Below, one piece after another: positions 27,460-38,100 of a stretch of DNA of 64,000 nucleotides; within the stretch, counting starts at the first letter, position 1; each line of letters begins with the position of its first letter. The DNA is from Alphaproteobacteria bacterium (GTDB taxonomy: Bacteria; Pseudomonadota; Alphaproteobacteria; UBA828). Under the pieces are notes generated by a model, which worked only from the letters and a program-made list of their open reading frames with translations, did not search any database and was not told where the DNA came from. A program made the position numbers and the translations under genes. The DNA lies in assembly GCA_965214705.1 (NCBI GenBank), contig CBDCCI010000002.1, positions 864,001 through 928,000 on the forward strand, in the 5' to 3' direction.

Positions 27460-28904
27460 GCGGCTGCCTCCCTCATGCCATCGCGTTCGTCCGCGTTCGC
27501 CTGGATGTAGCGGTGAATGGAGCGCGCGGCGTCGCGCCCGTCCTTGATCGCCCACACCACCAGCGAGGCGCCGCGCACGATGTCGCCGATGGCGAAGACG
27601 CCGTCGAGGCTCGTCATCATGGTGCGCCAGTCGATCAGCAGCGTACCCCAGCGCGTCGTCTTCAGTGTGGGCTCGCCGAAGAAGGTCGGCAGGTCCTCGG
27701 GGTCGAAGCCCAAAGCCTTGATGAGCAGGTCGGCATCGATGGAGTAGCTCGAGCCGGGGATGGGCTGGGGCGTCTGCCGCCCGCTCGCATCGGCGACGCC
27801 GAGGTGAATGCGCACCGCGCGCACGCCCTGGACCGTCGTATCGCCGAGCACGGCCTCGGGCGCAGAGAGCCAGACGAACTCGACGCCTTCCTCTTCGGCG
27901 TGACGTACCTCCTGCATCGAGCCCGGCATGTTCACGCGGTCCCGCCGGTAGAGGCAGCGCACCGAGCGCGCGCCCTGGCGCACCGCCGTGCGCACGCAGT
28001 CCATCGCCGTGTCGCCGCCGCCGACGACCACGACATTCTTACCGCTGGCGTCCAGCGTGCCGTCGTCGAAGGCCGGCACCGCATCGCCCAAGCCCTTGCG
28101 GTTGCTGGCGGTGAGGTAATCCATCGCCTGGAAGATGTTGCCAAGGCCGATCCCCGGCAGGGACACATCACGCGCCTTGTAGGCGCCGGTCGCGATCACC
28201 ACCGCATCGTGCTGCGCGCGCAGCTCCGCGAGCGAACAATCGCGCCCGACCTCGACGTTGAGGTGCATGTGCACGCCGCCCTCGATGAGCAGGTCGGCCC
28301 GGCGCTGAACGATGGACTTCTCCAGCTTGAAGTTCGGAATTCCGTAAATCAGTAGCCCGCCGACCCGGTCGTAACGGTCGTAGATATGGGCCTGATAGCC
28401 CATACGGCGCAGCTCCTCGGCGACCGTCAGGCCACCGGGGCCGGCACCGACGATGCCCACCGACTGCGGGCGCTCCGCCCTGGGTTTCGGCGGTTTGACC
28501 CAGCCGTTGCGGAAGGCGGTGTCGGTGATGTAGCGCTCCACGGCGCCGATGGTGACCGACTCGAAGCCCTTTTCGATCACGCAGTTGCCTTCGCAGAGGC
28601 GGTCCTGCGGGCAGATGCGGCCGCAGATCTCGGGCATGTTGTTGGTCGCCGACGAAATCTCGTAAGCCTCTTCCAATCGCCCTTCGGCCGTCAGCATCAG
28701 CCAGTCGGGGATGTTGTTCGAGACCGGGCAGTGAATCTGACAAAAGGGCACCCCGCACTGGGAGCAGCGCGCGGCTTGGTCGGCCGCCGCCTCGGGCCGG
28801 AAGTCCTCATAGACCTCGCCCCAGTCGCGGCGGCGGAGCGCCGGCGCCCGCTTGTCCGGGTGCTCTTGCTCCAGCGTCACGAATTTGAGCATTTCTGCGC
28901 CCAC
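27456..28904 (-). CDS. gltD: Glutamate synthase small subunit
   Basis: RCSQCGVPFCQIHCP, CGRICPQDRLCEGNC, GGGDTAMDC, GDIVRGASLVVWAI. Confidence 0.96.
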   Translation of the reverse strand: MGAEMLKFVTLEQEHPDKRAPALRRRDWGEVYEDFRPEAAADQAARCSQCGVPFCQIHCPVSNNIPDWLMLTAEGRLEEAYEISSATNNMPEICGRICPQDRLCEGNCVIEKGFESVTIGAVERYITDTAFRNGWVKPPKPRAERPQSVGIVGAGPGGLTVAEELRRMGYQAHIYDRYDRVGGLLIYGIPNFKLEKSIVQRRADLLIEGGVHMHLNVEVGRDCSLAELRAQHDAVVIATGAYKARDVSLPGIGLGNIFQAMDYLTASNRKGLGDAVPAFDDGTLDASGKNVVVVGGGDTAMDCVRTAVRQGARSVRCLYRRDRVNMPGSMQEVRHAEEEGVEFVWLSAPEAVLGDTTVQGVRAVRIHLGVADASGRQTPQPIPGSSYSIDADLLIKALGFDPEDLPTFFGEPTLKTTRWGTLLIDWRTMMTSLDGVFAIGDIVRGASLVVWAIKDGRDAARSIHRYIQANADERDGMREAAA

Positions 28905-29020
28905 GCGCTCTCTCCACAAGGTTTCGGCGTGGCGGCCGCTGCCGGCACCGGTCTTGCGCTGTTGCCCCTGCGTACTATAGCGGCAAGCCAGTACACGTGC
29001 CAGACAATTCAGCACTTATA

Positions 29021-29037
29021 AGACAGTATAGCTGTCT
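29021..29037. promoter_or_regulatory. Palindrome AGACAG-N5-CTGTCT, candidate operator in the gltD/uppP divergent promoter region
   Basis: Perfect 6-bp inverted repeat in an AT-rich intergenic stretch about 120 bp upstream of gltD. Confidence 0.45.
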
Positions 29038-29216
29038 AAAACGCGCGGGTGACATCGAGTCGAATTTCAAGTCGACCGGTCCGACCAAAGTTTCGGAGAA
29101 TTTTAGTGCCGATACGCGACGATATGTCGCGAGCGGCGCATCGTGCCTGATCGGGCCAGCGATGGTATAAGCGCGCCGCGGCCCGAGTCGGTCGACACTG
29201 AGGCAGCAGCACGCCC

Positions 29217-30026
29217 GTGCCGTTCCTTCATATCGTCGTCATCACGATCATTCAGGGCATCACCGAGTTTTTGCCCGTGAGCTCGTCCGGGCATCTGGTG
29301 CTCGTGCCATTCGTCACCGGATGGCAGGACCAGGGGCTGGTCATGGACGTGGCGGTCCATGTCGGCACGCTGGCGGCGGTGCTGGTCTACTTCTGGCGTG
29401 ATCTCGGGCAGATCACCCTCGGCTGGATCGGCGGGCTTTGGCGGCGGCGGGACCGGCGCCTCGGCCGCGCGCTCGGCTTCTACGTGGTGGTTTCGGCGGT
29501 CCCCGTAATCCTCGTGGGCGGCGCGATCTACGTGCTGGGGCACGAGATGCTGCGCAACCCGGAAGTTGTCGCCTGGGCCACGATCAGCTTCGGCATCCTG
29601 CTCTATCTCGCCGATCGCATCGGGATCACCGTGCGAGAGGTCGAGCACATGACGCTCGGCCACGCGGTCTTCATCGGGCTTGCTCAGGTGCTCGCGCTCA
29701 TTCCCGGCGCGAGCCGCTCGGGCGTCACCATGACGGCGGCGCGCTGGCTCGGCTACGAGCGGCCAGAGGCGGCCCGCTTCGCGATGCTCATGTCGATCCC
29801 CGTGATCGCGGCGAGCGGCGCGGTAGCCGGATACGAGGTCTGGCAGCAGGGCGACCCGATCGTTATCGGGAGCGCGGCGCTGGCCGCGGCGCTCTCCTTC
29901 GTGGTGGCGCTGCTCGCGATCGCGCTGCTGCTCGCCCTGCTGCGGCGCGTGAGCTTCACGCCGTTCGTGATCTATCGCCTGCTGCTGGGCGGTGCGGTGC
30001 TCGTCTGGCTTTACTACGTGGCCTAA
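29217..30026 (+). CDS. uppP: Undecaprenyl-diphosphate phosphatase
   Basis: QGITEFLPVSSSGHL, ALIPGASRSGVT. Confidence 0.96.
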   Translation: MPFLHIVVITIIQGITEFLPVSSSGHLVLVPFVTGWQDQGLVMDVAVHVGTLAAVLVYFWRDLGQITLGWIGGLWRRRDRRLGRALGFYVVVSAVPVILVGGAIYVLGHEMLRNPEVVAWATISFGILLYLADRIGITVREVEHMTLGHAVFIGLAQVLALIPGASRSGVTMTAARWLGYERPEAARFAMLMSIPVIAASGAVAGYEVWQQGDPIVIGSAALAAALSFVVALLAIALLLALLRRVSFTPFVIYRLLLGGAVLVWLYYVA

Positions 30027-30052
30027 CGCGCCGGGCGGAGGAGAGAGACGGC

Positions 30053-31054
30053 TCAGGTTTCTCCCACCGGAGACGATTCGGTGTTGCCGCGGCGGTAATC
30101 GCGCAGATAGGTCGGCAGAATCAGCTCGGCCGCCGTCGCGTCGACCCCGAGGTCGGCGAGCCCCAGCGCGTCCGGGGCAACGACGTTGTCGATCCTGAGC
30201 AGCTTGACCTGGTCCGGCGTCAGCGGCGGGATCGGCGCGAACTGCAGAAACTTCGCCATCACCGCCGCCGCGAAGAATGGCACGGGCACGTAGAGCGCAG
30301 CGCGGCCTGTTTCGGAGGCGACCAGCGCCATCAGCTCGGCGTAGCTGTAAATCGAGGGCCCGCCGAGCTCGTAGGTCTTGCCCTGCGCTGCGTCGCTGCT
30401 CAGCGCCCGCTGGGTGGCCTCGGCGATGTCGCCAACGAAGACCGGCTGGAACCGCGTGGTGCCCGCCTCGAACTCGGGCGTGAGGAACAGCCCGTCGAGC
30501 TTCATCTTCGGCATGCCGTCGAAGAACAGCGGCAGCGCCGGGACCAGACGCACCATGGACGCGAAGCGGTTGAAGAAGTCGTCCTCCGGCCCGAACACTA
30601 GGCTCGGCCTGAAGATGGTGGTGTCGGGGAACGCCTCCCTGACCGCCGCCTCGCCGGCGGCCTTGGAGCGCGCGTAGTCCGAGGGCGAGGTCGCATCGGC
30701 GCCGATCGCCGAAATGTGAAGCACATGCACGACGCCAGCCTCCGCCGCCGCGCGCGCGATGCGGTCGGCCGACGCCACGTGGACGGCGTAGAAGTTCTGC
30801 CGGCCGCGTTCGTAGAGGATGCCGGTCAGATTGATGACGGCATCTGCCCCTGCGACGGCACGCCGGACCGAGTCCTCGTTGCGCACGTTGGCCTGAACCG
30901 GGACGACCTGGCCGACATCGCCGCACGGGCGCAGGAATCCGGCCAGCTCCGGCCGCCGCGTCGCAATACGGATGCCGTAGCCCTCCTGCGCGAGCCGTTG
31001 GACAATGTGGCGCCCGAGAAACCCGGTCCCACCGAAGATTGTGACGATTTGCAA
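30053..31054 (-). CDS. Complex I NDUFA9-family NAD-dependent epimerase
   Basis: VTIFGGTGFLG, GDVGQVVP, YARSKAAGE, RPSLVFGPEDDFFNRFA; start approximate (TTG). Confidence 0.9.
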   Translation of the reverse strand: MQIVTIFGGTGFLGRHIVQRLAQEGYGIRIATRRPELAGFLRPCGDVGQVVPVQANVRNEDSVRRAVAGADAVINLTGILYERGRQNFYAVHVASADRIARAAAEAGVVHVLHISAIGADATSPSDYARSKAAGEAAVREAFPDTTIFRPSLVFGPEDDFFNRFASMVRLVPALPLFFDGMPKMKLDGLFLTPEFEAGTTRFQPVFVGDIAEATQRALSSDAAQGKTYELGGPSIYSYAELMALVASETGRAALYVPVPFFAAAVMAKFLQFAPIPPLTPDQVKLLRIDNVVAPDALGLADLGVDATAAELILPTYLRDYRRGNTESSPVGET

Positions 31055-31181
31055 GTCGGCCCCGCTCGCTCGTCCCTGCCGTTGACGCGCCCCGACTATT
31101 AGCCCGGATGTCTCACCGATGTCACGGCCTGCGTCGCGCAGGCGTTGACCCTGGTGAGAGTTCCGGGCTAGGCAGCACGCC

Positions 31182-31799
31182 ATGGCTCAGCACCTCCATC
31201 GCGGCGACCTGCCGCCGGGGCTCACCTTCGGCGATTCGGTGGCGATCGACACCGAGACGATGGGCCTCAACCCGCATCGGGATCGGCTCTGCCTGGTGCA
31301 GCTCTCGCGCGGCGACGGCGACTGCCATCTCGTGCAGTTCCCGCCGGGCGAGCCCGTCGACGCGCCCAATCTGGCGGCGCTGCTGGCCGACGAGGCGGTG
31401 CTGAAAATCTTCCACTTTGCCCGCTTCGACATCGCGGTGCTGGAGCACGCGCTCGGGGTCTGCTGCGCGCCAGTCTATTGCACGAAGATCGCCTCGCGCC
31501 TTTCGCGCACCTTCACCGACCGCCACGGCCTCAAGGACCTTTGCCGCGACCTGCTGGGCGTCGAGATATCCAAGCAGCAGCAATCATCCGACTGGGGTGC
31601 AGACCAGCTCTCCTCGAACCAGCTCGACTACGCCGCGAACGACGTCCTCCACCTGCACCCGCTCAAGGAGAAGCTCGACGAGATGCTCGCCCGCGAGGGA
31701 CGCGCCGAGCTCGCCGAGGCCTGCTTCGCCTTTCTGCCCTACCGCGCCCGCCTCGATCTCCAGGGCTGGCCCGAGGTGGACATCTTCGCTCACGATTAG
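31182..31799 (+). CDS. rnd: Ribonuclease D (short alphaproteobacterial 3'-5' exonuclease)
   Basis: AIDTETMGL, KIFHFARFD, CTKIAS, QQSSDWG, YAANDV. Confidence 0.9.
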   Translation: MAQHLHRGDLPPGLTFGDSVAIDTETMGLNPHRDRLCLVQLSRGDGDCHLVQFPPGEPVDAPNLAALLADEAVLKIFHFARFDIAVLEHALGVCCAPVYCTKIASRLSRTFTDRHGLKDLCRDLLGVEISKQQQSSDWGADQLSSNQLDYAANDVLHLHPLKEKLDEMLAREGRAELAEACFAFLPYRARLDLQGWPEVDIFAHD

Positions 31800-31936
31800 C
31801 CTGGTTGTTTCACCGGACCCCCGCCCGCCTGCCGCAGACGGCGGGGAGAACGACGGGCCCATCGTAAGCCTTGGCAATGCTTCTCTGCCAGCGCTAGCCT
31901 TGTTCATCCACCGGGCTGATCGACGGGGGCCGCGCC

Positions 31937-33149
31937 ATGTACGACGCAATCGTTGTGGGGGCGCGGTGTGCCGGCGCCTCTCTTGCGATGCTTCTCTCCC
32001 GCAAGGGCTACCGCGTCTTGCTCGTCGATCGGGCAACCTTTCCCAGCGACCACACCATATCGACGCATCTGGTCTGGCAGAACGGAACGAACCGTCTGCG
32101 TAAATGGGGTCTACTCGACACGGTCGCCGCCTCGAACTGCCCGCCGATGTCTTCCTTCTTCATCGACTTCGGGAATTTCCGGCTCGACGGCGAACCCACG
32201 CCGGCGGACGGCCAGAAATATGCGTTCTGTCCCAGACGCTTCCTGCTCGACAAGTTCTTGGTCGATGCCGCCGCGGCGGCCGGCACCGAGGTGCGGGAGG
32301 GCGTGTTCGTCCGGGAGCTCGAAGGCGACGGCGACCGTGTGACCGGAATCTCCGGAACCGACAAGAACGGCGCCACCGTTCGAGAGACCGCCCGAATCGT
32401 CGTCGGCGCGGACGGCATGAATTCGCTGGTGGCGCGCGCGGTTCAGGCACAGGAATACAACGCGAAACCACGGCTGCAGAGGACTTACTTCAGCTACTGG
32501 AGCGACGTGCCGTCCCATGCCGTGGAGATCTACGTCGGGGAATGGCGGGGGGCTTACGCGTTCCCCACCAACGACGGCCTGACGGTGGTCGGCGCGAACT
32601 GGACCGCGCGAGACGCTCGCGACGTTAAAGCCGACATCGAGACGAACTACCCCGAAACGCTGGAAGCCTGGACGCCGTCGCTCGCCGAACGGGTGCGCGA
32701 TGGCACGCGCGAGTGATCGCTGGCTCGGCGGCTCCATTCCGAGCTTCCTCCGCAAGCCCTATGGACCTGGCTGGGCGCTGGTGGGCGATGCCGGGGTCAC
32801 CATGGACCCGTGCACGGCGGAAGGCATCACCAACGCTCTGCGCGATGCCGACTTCTTGGCCGATGCCCTCGACGAGGGTTTCTCCGGCCTGCGACCGATG
32901 GACGAAGCGCTTGCCCAGTACGAGCAACGACGCAACGCGGCGATCGTGCCGATCTACGAGCTCACCTGCGAATTGGCGTCCTTCGCGCCGCTGCCGCCCG
33001 ACAGGCGCCAGCTCCTGGAAGCCCTTATCGACAACCAGCCGGACACCAATCGCTTCCTGGGCTTGATCGCCCAGACCGTGTCCATCCCCGAGTTTTTCGC
33101 CGATGAGAATGTACAAAGAATCCTGTCCACCGCATCGAATGTGCACTGA
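31937..33149 (+). pseudogene. FAD-dependent oxidoreductase (geranylgeranyl reductase-like), frameshifted near 32714
   Basis: 5' part GARCAGA...GADG (31937-32716) and 3' part GPGWALVGDAG...DPCTAEGI (to 33149) join if one base is removed at GAG-T-GAT. Confidence 0.8.
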
Positions 33150-33151
33150 TC

Positions 33152-33180
33152 CACGCGGTCGCGCGCGCAGTGACCGCGTG
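33152..33180. terminator. GC-rich hairpin right after the oxidoreductase stop
   Basis: CACGCGGTC...GACCGCGTG perfect 9-bp stem; no clear U-tract. Confidence 0.35.
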
Positions 33181-33308
33181 CGACGTTGCGCAGGCTTGGC
33201 GAGGACGGGACGTGTGAGAGGCGCTCCCCGCCTGCTACGATTGCCTGCCTTACAAGAGCTTAGCGGAACGTAGCGATCGCTCGTTCCCGCGGCATAGGGA
33301 CGGGCTCC

Positions 33309-35087
33309 ATGAGCACTGCCGCAACCGGCGGCCGCAAAGGTATCCGCTACCAGCCTGACGAGAGGCCGCCGCCGGCGCTCGCCTTCGGCCTCGGCGCTCA
33401 GATCGCCGTGCTCACCATCGCCGGCATCATCCTGGTGCCCACCATCGTGATGCGTGCCGCCGGCGCGAGCGAGGACTATCTCTCGTGGGCGGTGTTCGGC
33501 ACGGTCGCGATCTGCGGCCTGACCACGGCGCTGCAATCGATCCGCACCGGACGGATCGGTTCAGGCCACGTGCTCATCATGGGGGCCTCCGGGGCCTTCA
33601 TCGCGGTCTGCATCAACGCGATTGCGGCCGGCGGCCCGGCCTTGCTGGCCACGCTGGTCATCATCTCCTCCCTCGTTCCGCTCCTGATTTCCGTTCGCCT
33701 CGCGCTCTTCCAGCGGATCCTGACACCGACGGTCTCGGGCACCGTGATCATGCTGATCCCCGTCACGGTGATGCCGGCCGTCTTCAAGCTCCTGGCGGCG
33801 GTGCCGGAGGGCAGCCCCGCCCTGGCGGCGCCATTGAGCGCGCTTGCGGTGGTGCTCGTTCTGGCAGCCATCGCGTTGAAGGCGTCGGGCGCACTGCGCC
33901 TCTGGGCACCGGTCATCGGCGTCGTCGCCGGCACGGGCGTCGCCGCCGCATTCGGCCTCTATGACGCGGGCCGCGTGGTCGATGCGCCCTGGGTCGGCGT
34001 GCCGGCGGGCGAATGGGCGGGCTTCGATGTCGAATTCGGTCCGTCGTTCTGGGCGCTGCTTCCGGCCTTCCTCCTGGTGGCCGTGATCGCCACCATCCGC
34101 TCCATCAGCGGCGCCGTAGCGATCCAGCGGGTCTCGTGGCGGCGGACGCGGGCTGTGGACTTTCGGGCGGTGCAAGGGGCGATCACCGTGGACGGGATCG
34201 GCAACGTGCTTTCCGGCCTCGTGGGCACGACGCCGAATACGGCCACCACGGTGGGTGCGTCGGTGACCGAGCTCACCGGTGTGGGCGCGCGCAGCGTCGG
34301 CATCGCATGCGGGGCAGTCTTCTTCGCAGCGGCGTTCCTGCCCAAGCTGCTGGCCCTGGTGCTCGCAATACCGGGGCCGGTGATCGCTGCCTACCTCGGG
34401 GTCCTGCTGGCGACGCTCTTCGTGATCGGCATGAGGATCGCCATCCAGGACGGCATCGACTACCGCAAGGGCCTGATCGTCGGCGTCTCGTTCTGGATCG
34501 GGGTCGGCTTCCAGAACGACCTTGTGTATCCCGAGCACATCTCGGAATTCGCAGGCGGTCTCTTGCGCAACGGGGTCACGGCCGGCGGGGTCACGGCCAT
34601 CCTGATGACCTTCTTCGTGGAGTTGACCAAACCCCGCCGCAGCCGCATGGAGGAGGCATTCGACCTCTCGGTCCTGCCGAAGATCAGGGAGTTTCTCGGC
34701 GTCTTCGCGACCCGCAGCGGCTGGGATGGGGCGATGGCGGAGCGGCTGGACGCCGTCTGTGAAGAGACGCTGCTGACCCTCGTCCGGCATGAGCAAGAGG
34801 GAGAGGAGAAGCAGGAACGCCGCCTGCGGCTGGTGGCCTACAGGGAAGGCAATGGCGCGGTTCTCGAGTTCGTCGTCGCGTCGCGAGAGGGCAATATCCA
34901 GGATCGCCTTTCGCTGCTCGGCGACCAGCCCGGTGAGGTCTCGGCCGAGCAGGAGGTCTCGCTTCGCCTGTTGCGCCGGCTCGCTTCCTCCGTCCGCCAT
35001 CAGCAGTATCATGGCACCGACATCGTGACGATTCGCGTGGCAGCGGTGGTGGCTGACGAAACAGGGGCGGCCGGCGAAAGGAATTGA
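33309..35087 (+). CDS. NCS2 (xanthine/uracil permease-like) transporter fused to a degenerate HATPase/RsbW-like C-terminal domain (SupE-like)
   Basis: IRYQPDERPP, TPTVSGTVIMLI, many TM segments, DGIGN; soluble tail EETLLTL...SLRLLRRLASSV; directly upstream of the PKS. Confidence 0.8.
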   Translation: MSTAATGGRKGIRYQPDERPPPALAFGLGAQIAVLTIAGIILVPTIVMRAAGASEDYLSWAVFGTVAICGLTTALQSIRTGRIGSGHVLIMGASGAFIAVCINAIAAGGPALLATLVIISSLVPLLISVRLALFQRILTPTVSGTVIMLIPVTVMPAVFKLLAAVPEGSPALAAPLSALAVVLVLAAIALKASGALRLWAPVIGVVAGTGVAAAFGLYDAGRVVDAPWVGVPAGEWAGFDVEFGPSFWALLPAFLLVAVIATIRSISGAVAIQRVSWRRTRAVDFRAVQGAITVDGIGNVLSGLVGTTPNTATTVGASVTELTGVGARSVGIACGAVFFAAAFLPKLLALVLAIPGPVIAAYLGVLLATLFVIGMRIAIQDGIDYRKGLIVGVSFWIGVGFQNDLVYPEHISEFAGGLLRNGVTAGGVTAILMTFFVELTKPRRSRMEEAFDLSVLPKIREFLGVFATRSGWDGAMAERLDAVCEETLLTLVRHEQEGEEKQERRLRLVAYREGNGAVLEFVVASREGNIQDRLSLLGDQPGEVSAEQEVSLRLLRRLASSVRHQQYHGTDIVTIRVAAVVADETGAAGERN

Positions 35088-35192
35088 AAGTGTCACACCA
35101 ATCAACGACAGCCTTAGCTTATGTGAATGCCACTGGCCCATAAGCGTGGGTTAGAATAACCATTCCGTCCTCCTGACTGAGGGAGTATCGCG

Positions 35193-38100
35193 ATGGCGGA
35201 GCGAGACAGGGCTTGCGGACGCGCGAGCGACGCGCCCGACTTAAACGACGAACGCGCGCCGGAAGTCTCCGGGGCGAATGAACCAATAGCGATCGTCGGC
35301 ATGGCGTGCCGGTTTCCCGGCGCCAACGGCATTTCCGCCTTCTGGCGTTTGCTTGAGGAGGGCGGGAACGCCGTGCAGGAGGGCGAGCCGGGCTCCGGCA
35401 TCGGGCGCATCGGCGCGCTCTTCCCCGACGATACGGGTCAGATTCAAGCCTGCCGCTTCGGCGCCTATCTGGAAGAGCTCGAGCAGTTCGATGCCGCCTT
35501 CTTCCGTATTTCGCCGGTGGAAGCGCAACTGCTGGACCCCCAGCAACGGTTGATTCTGGAGACGAGCTGGCGGGCGCTCGAAGACGCGGGCATCGATCCC
35601 GAAGGGCTGAAGGACAGCCGCACCGGTGTCTATGCGGGGATCAGCAACAACGACTACCGAGGGCTGATTCTGGAGGCCAGCGAGAACGCGGGGGCCGCCG
35701 AACCCGCCGCGAGTCTTTATGCGGTCACCGGCACCTCCCTCAATACGGCCATCGGCCGGGTTGCGTTCGCGCTCGGCCTCGGGGGGCCGGCGATGGCAGT
35801 GGACACCGCCTGCTCGTCATCATTGGTCGCGACGCATCAGGCCGTCTCCGGCCTGCAGCGGGGCGACGCAGACCTCGCGCTCGCCGGTGGGGTGAACATC
35901 ATTCTCTCGGGTCGGCTTCTGGAATTTCGTGCCAACGCCGGGATGTTGTCGCCGGACGGCCAATGCAAGACCTTCGACGCCTCCGCCAACGGATATGTCA
36001 GGGGCGAAGGCTGCGGGATTCTAGTGCTGAAGCGGCTCGCCGAGGCGGAGGCGGACGGTGACCGCATCTGGGGGGTCATACGGGGCACGGCACTGAACCA
36101 GGACGGCGCGAGCCAGGGTCTGACGGTTCCGAACGGGGCGGCGCAGGAACGAGTGATCCAGGCGGCGCTCAAGCGGGCTGGAGTCCGGCCTTCGGATATC
36201 GACTATCTGGAGGCGCACGGGACCGGCACCGAGGTGGGCGACCCGATCGAGATCAATGCGACGGCGGCGGTCTACGAGCGCGGTCGGGATGCTGGCCGCC
36301 CGCTGCTGATCGGCTCAGTCAAGACCAACATCGGGCATCTGGAATCCGCGGCAGGGGTCGCGGGGCTGATCAAGACTGTGCTTGCGATGAATCGGCGAGT
36401 CATCCCCAAGCACCTCCATTTTCGCAATCCCAATCCGGAGATGGACTGGGAGCGGCTGCCATTGCAGGTGACGTCCGCCCCGACGTCGTGGCCCGCCCAT
36501 GCAGACCGCGCGCCGCTGGCGGGTGTGAGCGGGTTCGGATGGTCCGGGACGAACGCCCACGTCGTGCTGGAGGGATATGGCGCGCCGAACAACGCAGAAT
36601 GGGGCACGGGCGCCGCGCGGCCGGTTGCGGTGTCGCTGCCGGCGTCGGTCGCCGGGCTCGCGCAGTCGGCGGGCGGGCTTGCCCTACGCGGAACGCGCCT
36701 GCTGCCGCTCTCCGGAAAGTCGGCCGCGGCGCTTCGCGACATGGCAGGACGCTATCTCGCCTGGCTCGACGAGGACGCCGACGCGGCCTTGCTCGCCGAC
36801 ATGGCATGGACGGCCGCCACAGGCCGGAGCCACTTCGGCCACCGGGCAGGAGTGGCGTTCCAGGACGCGGAGTCACTGCGTGAGGGTTTGCGGGCGATCG
36901 TCGAGGCGGACGAGAGACCGGCATCGCGCAAGGCGGCGAAGGTCGCGTTTGCCTACACCGGACAGGCCAGCCAGTGGCCCGGCATGGGCGAGGCACTCTA
37001 TGCGAGCGAGCCGGTGGTGCGCGCGGTGCTCGACCGCTGCGACGCGGTGCTCGCGGAGGACCGGGGCGGCGCCTCGCTGCTGGACGTGATGTTCGGGCGG
37101 CCCGGTGCGGCCGGCGATCTGGACGATCCGCACTGGAAGCAGCCGGCGATCTACGCGCTGGAGTGCGCGCTCGCGGCACTCTGGGAGAGCATCGGTATCC
37201 GACCGGACGTGGTGCTCGGGCACAGCCTGGGGGAGATCGCGGCGGCGCATACCGCCGGCGTCTTCGGCCTGGAGGAAGGCCTGCACTTCGCGGCGGCGCG
37301 GGGTTCGCTGATTGGCGCCCTGCCCGGCAAGGGCGCGATGGCGGCTGTGTTCGCGCCGCCCTCCCGCGTGGCCGACGCCGTGGAAGAGCTGAACGCCGCC
37401 TCCGGCGGGCCGGGTCTGAGCGTCGCTGCGGACAACGGCGCCCACCAGGTGGTGAGCGGACCGGCGGCGGATATCGAAACGATCCTCGCCCGCTTCGAGG
37501 CGGAGGAGGTTCGCGTCGCGCGACTGCGCAGGAGCCCGGCCTACCACAGCGCCATGATCGAGCCGGCATTGGGCGATCTGGAGGCCGAAATCTCGACAAT
37601 CGCATTCCAGCCGCCGTCGCTCCCCTTCGTCAGCAACCTGACCGGCCGGGCGCTGGACGCGGGCGAGGCGCCGGACGCGCCCTATTGGCGGCGCCAGGCG
37701 CGTGAGCCGGTGGCCTTCCGCGCCTGCATCGAGACGCTGGCGGAGATCGGCGTGGATGCCGTCATCGAGATTGGCCCCCACGCCGTGCTGGGGCCGATGA
37801 CGACCATGGCGTGGCCGGAGTCGGCCGGCACGGCGCCGGCGGTTCTCTCCAGTCTGCAGCGGCCGTCCAAGGACGAAGCCCCGCCATCGCCGGGCTCCGG
37901 CGGCGGCTTCGTAGAGGCGGTTGCCGGCGCCTACGAGGCGGGGCTTCCGCTCCGCTTCGAAGGACTCTTCGCCGGTGAATCGCGGAGCAAGATCGCGCTG
38001 CCGGGCTATCCATTCCAGCGCGAGCGTTATTGGGTCGAGGCACCGAAGCGGCGGCGGCAGTCAAGCGACCACCCGTTGCTCGGCAGCCGGCACGAGTCCG

